Below are positions 23,151-37,010 of a stretch of 57,695 nt of DNA, piece by piece. The stretch lies in the NCBI RefSeq assembly GCF_004010195.1, contig NC_057718.1, positions 75,620,011 through 75,677,705 on the forward strand, given 5' to 3'. The notes beneath the pieces are model-generated. The model made no database searches, had not been told where the DNA came from, and saw nothing but the letters and a program-made list of their open reading frames with translations. The translations under genes were made by a program, and so were the position numbers. Origin of the DNA: Chiloscyllium plagiosum (taxonomy: Eukaryota). Positions within the stretch are counted from its first letter, which is position 1, and the number at the start of each line of letters is the position of its first letter.

Positions 23151-24004
23151 TTTTTTTTGCCCTGTTGCAGTCAGTGGGCAGGGACCACGTCTGAGCACTC
23201 AAAGTATTCCTGTTAGCACCTAATGCTAACTGCATGTGTGTCCTCCATTGTACATTTGTGCTTCCAGAGTGCTCTGCCTGTGAACTAGAAAGGTGACATG
23301 ATGGTTGTGAAGAGTTGGCAAATGCCAGAAGCCTGTGTCTGTAGACAAGGGTTGCATGCAGCTGGACTCTATGGATCATGCTGTTTGATCCTATGCAATA
23401 TGTTTTTCAACAGCATGAGGTACCTGCTTAAATTTCCTGGGCCATTAACAAAATATTTAACAAATATTTCCCCTTAATTGAAAAATCGCTTTTCAGAAGC
23501 TTACAAGTTGAACAAGATGCTCCCAACATTGAGCCTCAATATACCTCTCATCTGATTCTGCCACAAATCACACCATCGCCCATATCACACTGACCCTGAT
23601 AAGATCCAGCCCAACATCTGCTTTTGTCTTTTGTCTTCTCATTGCATTTGAACTTTAATTCTGCTCTAGGAAGAGCAGTTGACTTTCAAAATTTTCATTT
23701 TTATCTTCACCTGTAGCTGTAAGGCTTCACCAATGAATGCAACTTCTTCACTTCCTGCAAAGCATTCTTTTCCTTTCTTTAATCATTAGCATTAAGTGCT
23801 ATTGCTATTTGCCGTGCCATATCTTGCTTATGTTTCGCTTATAATTTTAATTTTGGCAATTTCAACTTGGCTCCAATTGCCATCAATATTTTCTTCTCAG
23901 CCTTATGCTGCAATGTCTCTTAACAGGTGGAGCTTCTGACTCATTGAAAAATTGTTTCTACGAAAGATGTGTCCAATCAGATTTACAGAGAACTTTTTAA
24001 GTCC

Positions 24005-24115
24005 TTGTGGCACAGTGGTAATGTCCCCACCTCTGGAATGGGAGGCCTAAGTTCAAGTACCACCTGCTTCAGACATATGTAATAACATCTCTGACCTGGT
24101 TGATTAGAAAAATAG
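24005..24115 (+). mobile_element. Short tRNA-derived SINE
   Basis: gtggcacagtggtaatg…gttcaagtacc A/B-box-like head. Confidence 0.55.
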
Positions 24116-24410
24116 GTTAAATATTAAAAACGTCCCTCAACATTGCCCGTAAAGCTTTAGTTTTAACAGTCTCAGCAAGCTTTCCCCAAAATATGCAAGA
24201 TGGCAAAGCCTGACACCCAGCCAAGAGATTTACTCATGGAAAATGTACATTGAAGATATGAAAATTGGTACAAACCCAAACCAAACCACCAAGCTAATGT
24301 TACAATCTGACCAGTTACAATAGGACCTGTAATTTTTAAAGTAGACAAAGTTTGAGACATTTAATTAAAAGAATAAAGCCACAGGATTCCACAGTTTTAA
24401 ACAAACTCTA

Positions 24411-24785
24411 TGATTTGGAGATGCCAGTGTTGGACTGGGGTATACAAAGTTAAAAATCACATAACACCAGGTTATAGTCCAACAGGCTTATTTGGAAATA
24501 CTAACTTTCAAAGTGCTGCTCCTTTATCAGATGGTTGTGCGGTATAAGATTGTAAGGCACAGAATTTATAGTAAACGCTTACAGTGTGATGTAACTGAAA
24601 TGATATATTGAAGAAGACCTGGATTGTTTGTTAAGTTTCTCATCTTTTAGAATGGGCATGTTGGTTTCAATTATTTCATATATAAATCCTATAACTTTTT
24701 TAAAGTTACATTCTCAAGTGAACTTTGTTGGCCCAGATAATGCATTGAAGGTGTGAGGTGCCCTGTGTGAGGCTGGCTGAAGAAC
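24411..24785 (-). mobile_element. Second Penelope-like family, terminal fragment
   Basis: aaagttaaaaatcaca.aacaccaggttatagtccaacagg.ttatttggaa…cctttatcag; shared with 28520-28567 and 31260-31390. Confidence 0.65.
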
Positions 24786-25599
24786 TGAAACTCTATATAT
24801 TAGCTACAAGAGTAATGGAATCTGCAGTATATCTACAACTTATTTCTAATACTCAGAATTAATATGTAGTAAATATGCATAATAGACAGTAACTGAACAC
24901 CCCACAATGCACATCAAATAACAGATCCCATGGAATTCTCAGCAACTCCCCAAGATATTAATGATATAGTGGGTCATCAAACCTCATTAAGTTTCCTAAG
25001 GATCACAATTCTTCACTTTTGATGAAACTACTTTTTAAGAACTATCATGGAATGTCTCAGTGATGTTCCTGTTCTGGTCAATCACCTCCCTTATGGAAGT
25101 TCCCATAACCTCCATAAGGCCACTCCAACACTCATACACAGGCAAACCTCCAGTACTTCACTGACCCAGTTCTGTCCCTCTGTTCTTCCATAAGCACCAA
25201 TCCTGCTCAATTGCATCAAGCAAATGCTGCTTATAAACTTTTCAGAACTCCCAACTCTGTCAGGTCTACTGAGGATTAATACTTGCAGGCTTTTTCTGAG
25301 CCACTCATAGCTTTCAACAACAGAGTGAGAGACCCTTCTATTTCGTCAGCTTCCCAGGATTTCTTCTGTGTCCTGACTCTGACACTTAGCTGACTATTAA
25401 TTACTAGGACATTTCCCTGAGTTCTAACAGCAGAGCTATCCAGCTGCTGTTGACTCCTCACAGAATCTCCGACACAGTAACGGTGTCTTCGCATTGTTTT
25501 CTCTCAACATTGCATGATCTGTCTGTCTGTCTCTTTCTCCTACTCACTACCTGTAATCATTGAACTTCAGTGGCACCTGAACTGTCCTGAGTAAGCCAT

Positions 25600-26037
25600 C
25601 GACAACCTTTCAATTAGCCTGGGAGGTTTGAGTTATAAGAAGGGGCAGGAGAGGTTGGGACCTTTTCCTTCGAACAGAGGAGATGAGGGGTGACCTTATA
25701 GAAGTTTATAAAATCATGAGGGGCATAGGTAAAGGTAAGTAGCCAAGGTTTTTTTTCCCCCAGGGTAAGGGAGTCCAGAACTACAAGGCATAAGAGAGGA
25801 AAAATTTTAAAGGGACCTGAGGGGCAACTTTTTCTCACAGAAGGTGGTGTCTGTATAGAATAAGATGTCAGAAGTGTTAGAGACGAGTACAATTACAACA
25901 TTTAAATGACATTTGGACTAATACATGGATAGGAAAGGTGTAGAGGCATGTGGGCAAATGGGACTAGTTGAATTTAGAAAACCTGGTCGGCAAGTGCATG
26001 TTGGGCAGAAGGGTCTGATCTGTGCTGCATGACTCTA
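25600..26037 (+). mobile_element. CR1 (HER1-like) 3' end
   Basis: gaggggtgaccttatagaagtttataaaatcatgagggg… homologous to 1-336. Confidence 0.85.
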
Positions 26038-27129
26038 AGCCCCTCCTCTATTGCTGGGTAGAACTATATGTTGCTACCTAGCAACTCATAAAACTAACAG
26101 TTCCATAAATATTACTCAGTCATAGATTACTGACTTGCTGAGTCCAAAAAAATGGATATAAATTGAGGATTTCATCACAAATCTATAACACCACCAAAGT
26201 ATACTGCAGTAATTAGGTCACATTTTAAATGAGCTCCACACAAACAAAGACGCACAATTTCCATCAAAACCAGCATCTGTGTGTCTTTATTGAGCAAACA
26301 TCCTGGAGTGCACTTAATGTCACCTGACAACATCAGTAACTATTGATCTGTGTCTCTAAGAATAATAATTCACTACTTTGCATAAATGGACAAGAATGAG
26401 TGACATTTTGCCCATGAATAAAAATAATTACTCTTGCAATCACCTGATTCAGCCTGTCAGTGCAAGGCCAGAGAGGAGGGGAATTTCTGTGAGTTGTAAA
26501 CTCCATTGTTCAGGACTTTATCATTTAGAGTACATCCTTCTCTCTATCACAGATTTCTAAATTTCAGCCTGCAGGCCTCTGGCACCAACTTACAGGCATT
26601 AAGTACAGCAATCTTTAATTCTTTCAAGCAATATGAGTGCTCTGCAGTATACCTCCAAAGCTCTCCCTACCAACTGTTTTGTAGGAGACCCTACATTTGA
26701 TCAGCAAATTCAGATTTGAGGTCATTTTCTCACATTACACAGTACGTCGCTATTGCCTCATCACTAAATTTATATACCAAGCAAAAATTCTTCATCAATC
26801 CAAAATTAAGAGTTCTTTCTGAGTGAGCCTCACATTTCCTCATCAAATCAGATCTACTGGTGTAACTCATCCTTCATGGGAAGTCATGACAGCAAAGTTC
26901 ATACTCATGATATGCTCCCCCTATACTGTGTTGGAAGTCATTGGCACTTCCAGTATCCCCAGTGACCACATTGCTGAAAGTGTGTCCTGTTGCAGCTACT
27001 GGTTAACTGCATTTCATAGCTGCAGCAAAGGGTGGACTCATTCTGACACGTCCATAATGCTGTGATTATAATGGATAACATGTTCCGTGAACTGGTGACA
27101 CCACAAATAAAGACTGAGCAAACAGAATG

Positions 27130-28110
27130 GAGCGGGTAACCATAAGATTAGAGGAAGGAAAGCAGGCAGTGCAAGACACCCCCAGGACTATCCCTCTCTC
27201 TCTAACAGAGATAATGTTTTGGCGTCAACTTCCCAGGGAATATTAGCAGGTCAAGTCAATGGCACCAGAATAATTCTGGTGCACAGGTAGGCAGCACGCT
27301 GGCACTGTGGTTACCACTGTTATCGCACAGCACCAGGAACCCAGGGTCAACCCTAGTTTTAACTGACTGTGTGAGTTTGCACGTTTTCCCTGTGTCTGCA
27401 AATGGGTTCCTCTCGGTGCTCTGCCCATCTCTCTGCAACACCCCCTCCCCCCAAAGTCGAAAGATGTGCAAGTCAGGTGGATTGGCCATGCTAAAATTGC
27501 CCTGTAGTGTCCAAGGATGTGCAGGTTAAGTGAATTAGTCATGGTAAAAACCCAAAGCAGGGTTATGGGGATAGGGTGGGATGCTCTTCGGAGAGTCTGT
27601 GCAGACCTAATTGGTCAAATAGCCTTTTTCTGCACTTAGGGATCTTATGGTTGTAAGAAGGGTGACACAACTGTAGTGACAGATGATTCAATAGTAAGGG
27701 GAGCAGACAGACATTTCTGCAGTGCACTGGAGACTCCAGGATATATGTTGCCTTTCAAGTGTTGGGGTCAAGTGTGTCTCAGAGTAGCTGCAGGGTGTTC
27801 TGAAGGGAGAGGGTGAACAACCAACGTATGTTTTGGTAGCTGCAACATAAGTTAAAAAAAGAGAAAGAGTCCTACAGGCAGAATATAGGGATTTAAGATG
27901 TAAAGTAAGCCGGACGTCAAAAGTAGTAATCTCAGGATTGCTACAATGCCACATGGTAACAAGTGTAGATAGACTAGATGAATATGTGGATGGAAACATA
28001 AGGTAAGACGGAGGGATTCAGGTTCCCGTGACATCCGGACCGGTTGCATCTGGGCAAGATTGAGATCAATGAGCATGGGGAACTGTTTGCAAGTGCTGAA
28101 TGTCAATTGC
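27130..28110 (+). mobile_element. CR1 ORF1 remnant (SGNH esterase-like region)
   Basis: gatgattcaatagtaaggggagcagacagacatttctgc (~GDSIVRG.DRHFC) and LQGVLKGEGEQP; interrupted by a SINE. Confidence 0.7.
27290..27655 (+). mobile_element. HE1-like V-SINE (diverged)
   Basis: ggcagcacgctggcactgtggtta head, V-domain, and gattggccatgctaaaattgccc. Confidence 0.85.
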
Positions 28111-28567
28111 AGACTGACTCTAGATTAAAAGACACAGCAACTCGCAGGAAGAGTATTGTATTTGAATAGATAGCAGAAGTTGGTTACTAATAAGATCAGA
28201 ACCTGGAAGATGGTTCCAGTAAGTCTTCAGAAGAGCTTCTATTCAACTAGATGGCAGTATTGAATGGTGACAGAAGCCTCAACATGAGTTGATCTGTATC
28301 AGAGCAGAACCAGAATTAAAGTTATTTTATTTAACTGTGTTTTCTAAAAGATGGTTCTAGAATGCTGCTAAGATACATGAAGATGTGAACTAGAAATTGC
28401 TGGAAAAGCTCAGTAGATCTAGCAGCATCTGGGGACAGAAATCAGAGTTAACATTTTGTATCCAACGACTCTTCCTCCGACCTTCAGGCTTGGCCTCACA
28501 GACTAAGTGTGGAGGTGTCAGTTTTAAACTGGAGTGGACAAAGTTAAAAATCACACAACACCAGGTT

Positions 28568-28665
28568 TAGATTAGATTCCCTACAGTCTGGAAATAGGCC
28601 CTTCAGCCCAACAAGTCCACACCAACCCTCCAAAGAGTAACCCACTGAGACCCAATCCCTACCCT
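28568..28665 (-). mobile_element. HE1-like SINE 3' half (split by Penelope)
   Basis: ttagattagattccctacagt.tggaaataggcccttc…aagtccacaccaaccctcc. Confidence 0.8.
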
Positions 28666-30315
28666 AGGCAAAAGTGAGGACTGCAGATGCTGGACATCAG
28701 AGTCTAGATTAGAGTGGTGCTGGAACACCACAGCATGTCAAACAGCATCCGACGAGAAGGAAAATCGACGTTTCCGGTAAAAGCCCTTCATCAGGAATGA
28801 AGGCAGGGAACCTCCAGGGTGAAGAGATAAATGGGAGAGGGGGAGGGGGCTGGGGAGGAGGTAGCCAGGACTAGAATAGGTGGATGGAGGTGGGGATGAA
28901 GGTGATAGGTCAGAGAGGAGGGTGGAGCGGATAGGTGGGAAGGAAGATTGGTAGGTAGGACAGGTCATGAAGATGGTGCTAAGCTGGAAGGTTGGAACTG
29001 GTGTAAGGTGAGGGGAGGGGAAATGAGGAAACTGGTGAAGTCCACATTGATATCCTGGGGTTGAAGGGTTCCAAGGCGGAAAATGAGGCGTTCTTTTTCC
29101 AAGCGTCAGGTGGTGAGAGAGTGGCAGTGGAGGAGGCGCAGGACCTGCATGTCCTCGGCAGAGTGGGAGGGGGAGTTGAAATGTTGGGCCACAGGGCGGT
29201 GGGGTTGATTGGTGCGGGTGTCCCGGAGATGTTCCCTAAAGTGCTCTGCGAGAAGGCGTCTGGTCTCCCCAGTGTAGAGGAGACCGCATCGGGAGCATCG
29301 GATACAATAAATGACATTGGTGGATGTGCAGGTGAAACTTTGATAGGCGTGGAAAGCTCCTTTGGGGCCTTGGATGGAGGTTTGGGAGGAGGTGTGGGTG
29401 CAGGTTTTGCAATTCCTGCGGTGGCAGGGGAAGGTGCCAGGAGGGGATGGTGGGTTTTTGGGGGGGGTGTGAACCTGACCAGGTAGCCACAGAGGGAACG
29501 GTCTTTGCAGAAAGCAGAAAGGGGTGGGGAGGGAAATATATCCCTGGTGGTGCAGTCTGTTTAGAGTTGTTGGAAATGTTGGCGGATGATGCGGTTTATG
29601 CAAGGGTTGGTAGAGTGGAAGGTGAGGACCAGGGCCATTCTGTCCTTGTTATGGTTGGAGGGGTGGCGTTTGAGGGCACAGGTGTGGGATGTGGATGAGA
29701 TGCGTTGGAGGGCATCTTCAACCATGTGAGAAGGGAAATTGCGGTCTTTAAAGAAGGAGGCCATCTGGTGTGTTCTGTGGTGGAACTGGATCCTCCTGGG
29801 AGCAGATACGGCAGAGGTGAAGTAATTGGGAATATGGGATGGCATTTTTGCAGGAGGTAGGGTGGGAAGAGGTAATCCAGGTAGCTGTGGGAGTCAGTAG
29901 GTTTGTAAAAATGTCAGTGTCAAGTCGCTTGTCATTGATGGAGATGTAGAGGTCCAGGTAGGGAGGGAGGTGTCAGAGATGATCCAGGTGAATTTGAGAT
30001 CAGGGTGGAATGTGTTGGTGAAGTTGATGAACTGCTCAAATTCCTCACGGGAGCACGTGGTGGCATCGATGCAGTCATCAATGTAGCAGAGGAAGAGGTG
30101 GGGAGTGGTGCCGGTGTAACTAAGGAAGATGGATTGTTCTACATAGTCGACAAAGAGACAGGTATAGCTGGGGCCTATACGGGTGCCCATGGCTACCCCT
30201 TTTGTCTGGAGAAAGTGGGAGGATTCGAAGGAGAAGTTGTTAAGGTTGAGGACCAGTTGAGCCAAACGAATAAGATTGTCAATGGAAGGGTACTGTTGGG
30301 GACGTCGGGAGAGGA
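28666..30315 (-). mobile_element. Penelope-like retroelement (RT C-half, GIY-YIG endonuclease, terminus)
   Basis: NNFSFESSHFLQTKGVAMGTRIGPSY, YIDDC, FINFTNTFHPDLKFT; NVIYCIRCSRCGLLYTGETRR…EH (GIY-YIG); frameshifted. Confidence 0.93.
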
Positions 30316-30319
30316 AGCC

Positions 30320-31042
30320 TCCTGGCATCTTCCCCTGCCACCGCAGGAATTGCAAAACCTGCACCCACACCTCCCCCCTCACCTCCATCCAAGGCCCTAA
30401 AGGAGCCTTCCACATCCATTAAAGTTTCACCTGCATATCCACCAATGTCATTTATTGCATCCGTTGCTCACGATGCGGTCTCCTCTACATTGGGGAGACT
30501 GGATGCCTCCTCATAGAGCGCTTTAGGGAACATCTCTGGAACACCCGTACCAATCAACCCTACCGCCCTGTGGCCCAACATTTCAACTCCCCCTCCCACT
30601 CTGCCAAGGACATGCAGGCCCTGGGTCTCCTCTACCGCCGCTCCCTCACCATCCAATGCCTGGAGGAAGAACACCTCATCTTCCACCTTGGAACACTTCA
30701 ACCCCAGGGTATCAATGTGGACTTCACCAGATTCCTCATTTCCCCTCGCCCCACCTTACCCCAGTTCCAACCTTCCAGCTCAACACCATCCTCAAGACCT
30801 GTCCTATCTGCCAATCTTCCTCCCCAACTACCCGCTCCACCCTCCTCTCTGACCTATCACCTTCATCCCCACATTGTACTCTTGGCTACCTTCTCCCCAG
30901 CCCCACTCCCCCTCCAATTTATCTCTCCACCCCGGAGGCTCTCTGCCTTCATTCCTGATTAAAGGCTTTTGCCCGAAAAGTCGATTTTCCTGCTCTTCAG
31001 ATGCTGCCTGACCTGCTGTGCTTTTCCAGCACCACTCTAATC
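30320..31042 (+). mobile_element. Inverted copy of the Penelope 3' region
   Basis: Reverse-complement homolog of ~28706-29440 (GIY-YIG region plus terminus). Confidence 0.9.
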
Positions 31043-31045
31043 AAA

Positions 31046-31245
31046 ACTATATTTACCCCTGACTATGGGCAATTTTAGCATGGCCAATTCACCTGACCTG
31101 CACATCTTTGGATTGTGGGAGGAAACCCATGCAGACACAGGAGAACATGCAAACTCCACACAGACAGTCACCCAAGGTGGGAATTGAACCCGGGTCCCTA
31201 GCACTGTGAGGAGGCAGTGCTAACGACTGAGCCACAATGCCACCC
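31046..31245 (-). mobile_element. HE1-like SINE 5' half
   Basis: gggcaattttagcatggccaattcacctgacctgcaca…gaattgaacccgggtccc…gcagtgctaac. Confidence 0.85.
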
Positions 31246-31259
31246 CTATAAGTTATACG

Positions 31260-31390
31260 TTATAGTTCAACAGGTTTATTTGAAAGTACAAGCTTTCAGA
31301 GCACTGATCCTTTGTCAGTGTTACCTGACAAAAGAGCAGCACTCCAAAAGCTTGTATTTCCAAATAAACCTGTTGGACTATAGCCTGGTT
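31260..31390. mobile_element. Palindromic fragment of the second Penelope-like family
   Basis: tatagttcaacaggtttatttgaaagtacaagcttt … aaagcttgtatttccaaataaacctgttggactata. Confidence 0.8.
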
Positions 31391-31599
31391 ACAGAAAAAG
31401 TAAGCTTGCTTGGCCTGTTTATTTATTTTTAACCCAAGCTGTTCCAAAGTCCATCAGTCATTTATAGCTCATAATTCAAAAATGATTATAAAATAAAATG
31501 AAAAAAATCAGTAAAGGTTCTAACAATTATTACCTATAAACAATCAACCCCTTTAATAAGGTTCCCCAATCTAGCATTGCAAATTTGTACCTCATACCC

Positions 31600-32630
31600 T
31601 CATAGTTCCTTTTTTTTAAGATTCAAGATCATAATTTCAGAATCGACCATTCTCCATCTAAATGGAGAATTCTAACATATTCTGGTCACTCGTTCCCAAG
31701 GGATCCCACAAAAGAAGAGTGTTAGTTATGCATTTCTCATTTCACAGTATTCAAGTCAGAACTTTTTTCTGAATGGATCCTCAATGCTCTGGTCTAAAAT
31801 AAACCTAACCTTCACATTCCAGACAATCTTCCTGTTTCATATCATTGCTATTTTGATTCGTCCAATCTAGATGTCTATGAAATGTTGCTCATCATTACAG
31901 TTGTGTACTTATTACCTGTGTTTCTGATTTCTTGTTTAATGCATTTCCTTTCATCTCCAATACTGTTTGGGGGGCCTATACACAATACCCAACAATGTTT
32001 ACTGCCTCCTGGTGTTTAACTCCATCCACATAGATTTCACACCATGATTTTCTAAGCTAATATACTTGCTCATTGTTCTATTGCTTTACTCCTTTAATAA
32101 CTACAATACCCCACCTCTTTTCCCCCTTTGTCATTCCCAAATGATACCTTTGGATATTCAGTTAATATTGTTGGTCACCCTGCAGAAATGTTTCCATAAT
32201 CCCAACTCTGTCATCGCCATTTATATCTATTGCATTGCTAATTCAGCTATCTGATCGTGAAAGCTTTTCTTGTGAAAGGCTAGTTTTAATCATTTTAGCT
32301 TTATTTTGTACCATGGCCCCATTTGTTGTTTTCACCTTCCACTTCTACTTCTTATCTTTTTGCTTTCTGCTCAGGTTCGCATCGCTCTGTCATTCTAGTT
32401 TCCACTCTTCCCAACAGCACTAGCAAACCATCCCCCATAGACATTGTTCACAATCCTGCCCAGATGCAATCCCCCTGCTTGTACCAGTCCAACATTCCCC
32501 TGAAACAATTCCAATGTCCTGGGAACCTGAATCTCTCCATCTTACACCATTGTTCCAGACACTTATTCATCTGTATATCTAATTATTTCTACTCTTGCTT
32601 GCATATGGCATTGTAGTAATTCTGAGATTA
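31600..32630 (-). mobile_element. Old CR1 fragment (ORF1 end / endonuclease start)
   Basis: Degenerate matches such as gggggcctata (YRPP), ccacctcttttcccc (GGV) and cttgtaccagtcc; many stops. Confidence 0.55.
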
Positions 32631-33239
32631 CAGCAATTCTTTCAGTTTTTATGAAGATTTGAACGTTCCCTGCTGAATCTGATACATCAGCTTCCCAAAA
32701 CACAAAAAGAGGATATCTGAGTTACGGATATTGCTGCTTTTGCCTGGGTGAAGGTGACCCTGATCAACATTTCAAAGAACCAGACAAGGAGTCCACTTTT
32801 ATACCTGTGAAATAACACATCATGAAAGCCATTTAAGCAGTCTGGCCAGTTTTCTTATTTTATATATTCCTTCATTTTGTTTGTTTGTCATTCTGTCTTT
32901 TGTGTGAATGGGGTTGGAAATAATTGTTTTGAACTGATCTTTTTACAATGCTGTTTAATTTTCTCTTGCTAATACTAGTTTACATTTAATCAGTCGTTAA
33001 GTCTTTTGTTTAAGATACAAAACAGGTGTCTGGAGGTTAATAAAATCTGGGATTGTATATTGAAAACTCTGGTTAGGAACCATTGGAGTGACTATTCGGG
33101 ACCTTCGACGGCTTAGTTTTACTGAGTTTACTGCTTTGGTTCAGCTGACTGTCTCTACATTGTAACACGATTCATATCTAAAGAATGTATGTATACATTA
33201 CAACAATTATTAATTTCTGCCTGGTGCAAAATCAAAACT

Positions 33240-35515
33240 GAAAAGGTGGCTCATCCGTGGTTTATAAAAGAAATTAGGCATATTTATTAAATTCAAAGAG
33301 AAGAAATTTACAATTGCTATATAAAAAAAGCCAGAAGATTGGAAGCACTTTAGAATTTGGCAAAAGAGGATTAAAAGTTTGATCAATTGGGTAAATATAG
33401 AGTATGAGAGTAAACTTACATGAACCATAAAAACTGATTACAAAAGCTTCTAAAGACAAATAAAGAGAAAAAGATCAGTAAAGACAAAGTTAAGTTCCTT
33501 AAAGTCAGGAGATGGGAATATTATACTGGGGAATAAAGAAATGGCAGAAAACTTGCACACATACATTTCATTCATATCTATGAGGATTCTGTTTCTGAGA
33601 AACCACTGTGAATGATGAAATTCGCAAGTGTGGAGCCCATTAAAAATATAGATTAAAAATAGGTTAAAAATTGCAGATATGAGTATTACTGCGAATGTTG
33701 AATTTTGTTGCTACTTACATTTTGGCTGGTCAGCAAATTTGTGAGTTGTGAACCTGCGGAAACCGAGAATTTACCGTACTTTGATTCTGTCTTCACACAA
33801 GACGGCACAAATAACCTCACAGAAATGTTAGGGAACCAATAGTCTAGTAAGATGGAGGAATTCAAGGAAATCAGTATTAGTAAGAAAATTGTACTGAGGA
33901 AATTAATCGAGTTATTAAATTAAATTAAAAAGCTGATAAATCACCAGGGCCTGATAATCTACATCCTGGAGAGCTAAAGAAATATTGCATGCATTGCTGG
34001 TCATCTTCCAAAATTCTATACACTCTGGTGTAGTTTCTACAAATTGGAGACTGGCAACTGTAACTCCACTATTTAAAAGGGAAGGGGAGGGAGAGAACAA
34101 AGAACAGAATTACAGACTAGTCAGTTTAAAATCAGTAATAGGGAAAATGCTAGAGGCTATTATAAAAGCACATGGGATTAGGGTAATATATTGGCGTGAA
34201 TCAAGAATTGGTTGATGGACAGGAAGCAGAGTGGGATTAAATGGATCTTTCTCCAGGTGACAGGCAGTGATTAATGGGGAACCACAAGGTCAGTGCTTAG
34301 GCTCCAACTATACATAATCTGTATAAATTACCTGGGTGAGGGAACTAAATGTAACATTTCCAGATTTACTGAAGACACAAAACTGGATGGGATTGTAAGT
34401 TGTGAGGAGGATGTAAGAAGGCAGTAGTATAGACAAGTTGAGTGAGTAGGCAAATGCACTATATCTGGCATGTAATGTGACAGAATGTGAAACTATACAC
34501 ACACTTTGGCATGTAAAACAGAAATACAGTAATAATATATTGGGAAATGTATGAAGAGATCTGGGTGTTCTTGTATGAAAGTCAATGAAAGTAGATAGGC
34601 AGCTGCAGTAAGCAATTAGGAAGGCAAATGGTATATTGGCCTCCATTGCAAAAAGAACAGAGTTCAGATGTATTGACATCTTATTGCAATTATACAGGGC
34701 TGTGATAAGATCACACCTGAGGTATTGCATACAATTTGGGTCTCCCTAGCTAAGAAAGGATATACTTAACATAGAGGGAATGCAGTGGAAGTTCACTAGG
34801 TTGATATCAGGGTTAGTATACCTGTTCTATGAGGAGAAATTGGGCATGTATTCACCAGAGTTTAGAAGGATGAGAGGGGATTTGAAGGAAATATAAAATT
34901 CTAAAAGGACTAGATAAAATAGATGCAGAGAGGATGTTTTCTCTGGTTTAGAAATCTAGAATCAGAAAACATAGTCTCAAGGTACAGGGCAAACCATTTA
35001 GGATGAAGATGAAGAAAAATATCTTGGGCGCCATGGTGGCAGAACGCCAGAGACCCAGGTTCAATTCGCGCCTCAGGCGACTGACTGTGTGGAGTTTGCA
35101 CATTCTCCCCGTGTCTGCGTGGGTTTCCTCCGGGTGCTCCGGTTTCCTCCCACAGTCCAAAAATGTGCAGGTCAGGTGAATTGGCCATGCTAAATTGTCC
35201 GTGGTGTTAGGTGTAGGGGAATGGGTCTGGGTGGGTTGCGTTTCGGCGGGTCAGTTTCCACACTGTAAGTAATCTAATCTAATCTAAAATTAGTAAACCT
35301 CTGGAATTATCTATCACAGAAAGCTATGGAGATCCCAAGTCACTCAATATATTCAAGGAAGGAGTAGATATATTTTTTGATATTAAATGTATCACAGGGT
35401 GTGGGGAGAAAGCAATGTGGTGGTGAGAGAGAGGATCAGTCAAGATCAGATTAAATGGTGGACCAGTCTCAAGGCCAAATATCCTACTCCTCGTTCTGGC
35501 TTCTATATTTCTTTG
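33240..35515 (+). mobile_element. Old CR1 ORF2 and 3' end, with internal deletions
   Basis: IFQNSIHSGVV..NWRLATVTPLFK..NYRLVSL; later RPHL.YC.QF-like sequence and 3' UTR. Confidence 0.8.
35026..35288 (+). mobile_element. Young HE1-like V-SINE inserted in CR1
   Basis: V-domain nearly identical to 11022-11333; (AATCT)n tail; deletion in the head. Confidence 0.9.
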
Positions 35516-36824
35516 CTACTATTTTGAGTTTTCTCAACTTGCTATCTATTTTCTCTGTTGATAATTTCTGCTTGTTCTAAGTCAATCTATCTTGGATTTA
35601 TTGTTTCATTCTGATTAGTTGTTACTCTATCACTAATACAACTTTCCTTTCCTCTTTGAGCCTTGGGTACTAACCAACTCTTCAGACTTCTTGCCTTCTC
35701 AGTATGAAAAACAGAAATGCGGAGTATTTTATAAATGGTGATATATAGGGAAATGTATGAAGGGATCCAAATGTTCTTGTATGAAAGTCAATCTTTAATT
35801 ATTCTATACATGCTTCATTGAGTCTATATTTGTTAACTGTTACAAAGCACCATCAGAAAAATCTTCTCTTTCCACAAATGCCTAAGCTTTAAAACTAGTC
35901 ATATTGACTTTTCACTGAACTGGAAAATGTAAATGGGAAATCTTGTTAATTCAAACCCTAGAAAATTCCAATGAACTTGGGAACTGTAGACCAATATAAC
36001 CAAATTTACTAACCAACCCTGAATGAACAAAGAATTGGACAATATCTCACTTCTTGTGAACAAGTCAGAATCAGTATAAACATATACATTAACAATAAAA
36101 TCACAAAGTGGATTAGAACTTACACATGGAATTACAGAAACAATAGAGACTACCTCATTGTGTTGATAAGCAGTCTACAGAACCTGCATAGTCCCAATTT
36201 CAACTTCAAACCGAGTCTCCACAGCAGCTTTCAGATAAAACAGATTTTGCATGTGCATCCTTTCTTGTTTTCTGCCCTCTTTTCTTTTTGTAGATGTCTG
36301 CTTTGCTGTATTCTGTGGGCACATGGATTCTATGTATTAGCATCTTTTCTATTGGTAATAGTTCCTGGTCAGGAAACTATAGGTCAAATGACCAACATTT
36401 CTAATTGCTCATGCACTCTAATTAATGTCTTTAAAAGATCAAATTCTTAAAAGTGAATTTCACACGTTGTTAAAAATAATTACAGAGTACCCAGAGGTGT
36501 CAAATTAATTATTGCTTTTCTTTCCCTTTACTGCTTCCAGGTCAAAGTTAATTACATTTCAATGGTCTTCTGTGTGAGTTTATTTCTGATGATACCATGA
36601 TTAAACTGGCATATTTCAGATCTGAGATGTTCATCTGGAATTGTGTGTTCAACTCTGAGTTAAAGGCATATTTCAAAACATTGCCAATTTATAAAGTTCA
36701 TTGTTCATAACCCTGCCTATTTTTACAGCTATAGGAAAGTTTGTGTGTCTGTGCGTAGACAAGGTGCACATTAGTCATGTAATACTGCTTTCTCTTGGTG
36801 TGCACTATTCCTTGAGGGCTCCAC

Positions 36825-37010
36825 AAAGCATTGCCAACAACGTGGGTTCAATTCCTATACCAACTGAGGTCACCTTGAAGGCTCCCATCTTCTCATGATC
36901 GATCCTCAATGTGGAGCATGGTGACTCCTATGTTAATTCCACACCAGTTGTCTTTCTCAAATGAGAGGGTAACCCAAGGTCCTCTCAAGTTATGGTAACT
37001 TCTACTTTCA
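36825..37010 (+). mobile_element. SINE fragment (same family as 9903-10112)
   Basis: gccaacaacgtgggttcaattcctatacc…gaggtcaccttgaagg…ggtgactc…aatgagag. Confidence 0.55.

Noticed and set aside
35700..35792. Short copy resembling 34515-34585
   Set aside because: A small degenerate CR1 fragment, either a local duplication or a separate remnant; not informative.
36155..36320. Other isolated exon-like segments on the minus strand (also ~48330-48450, ~52605-52710, ~54600-54772)
   Set aside because: Stops in the frames or incompatible phases, and no recognisable protein; splice-like motifs alone are not enough.
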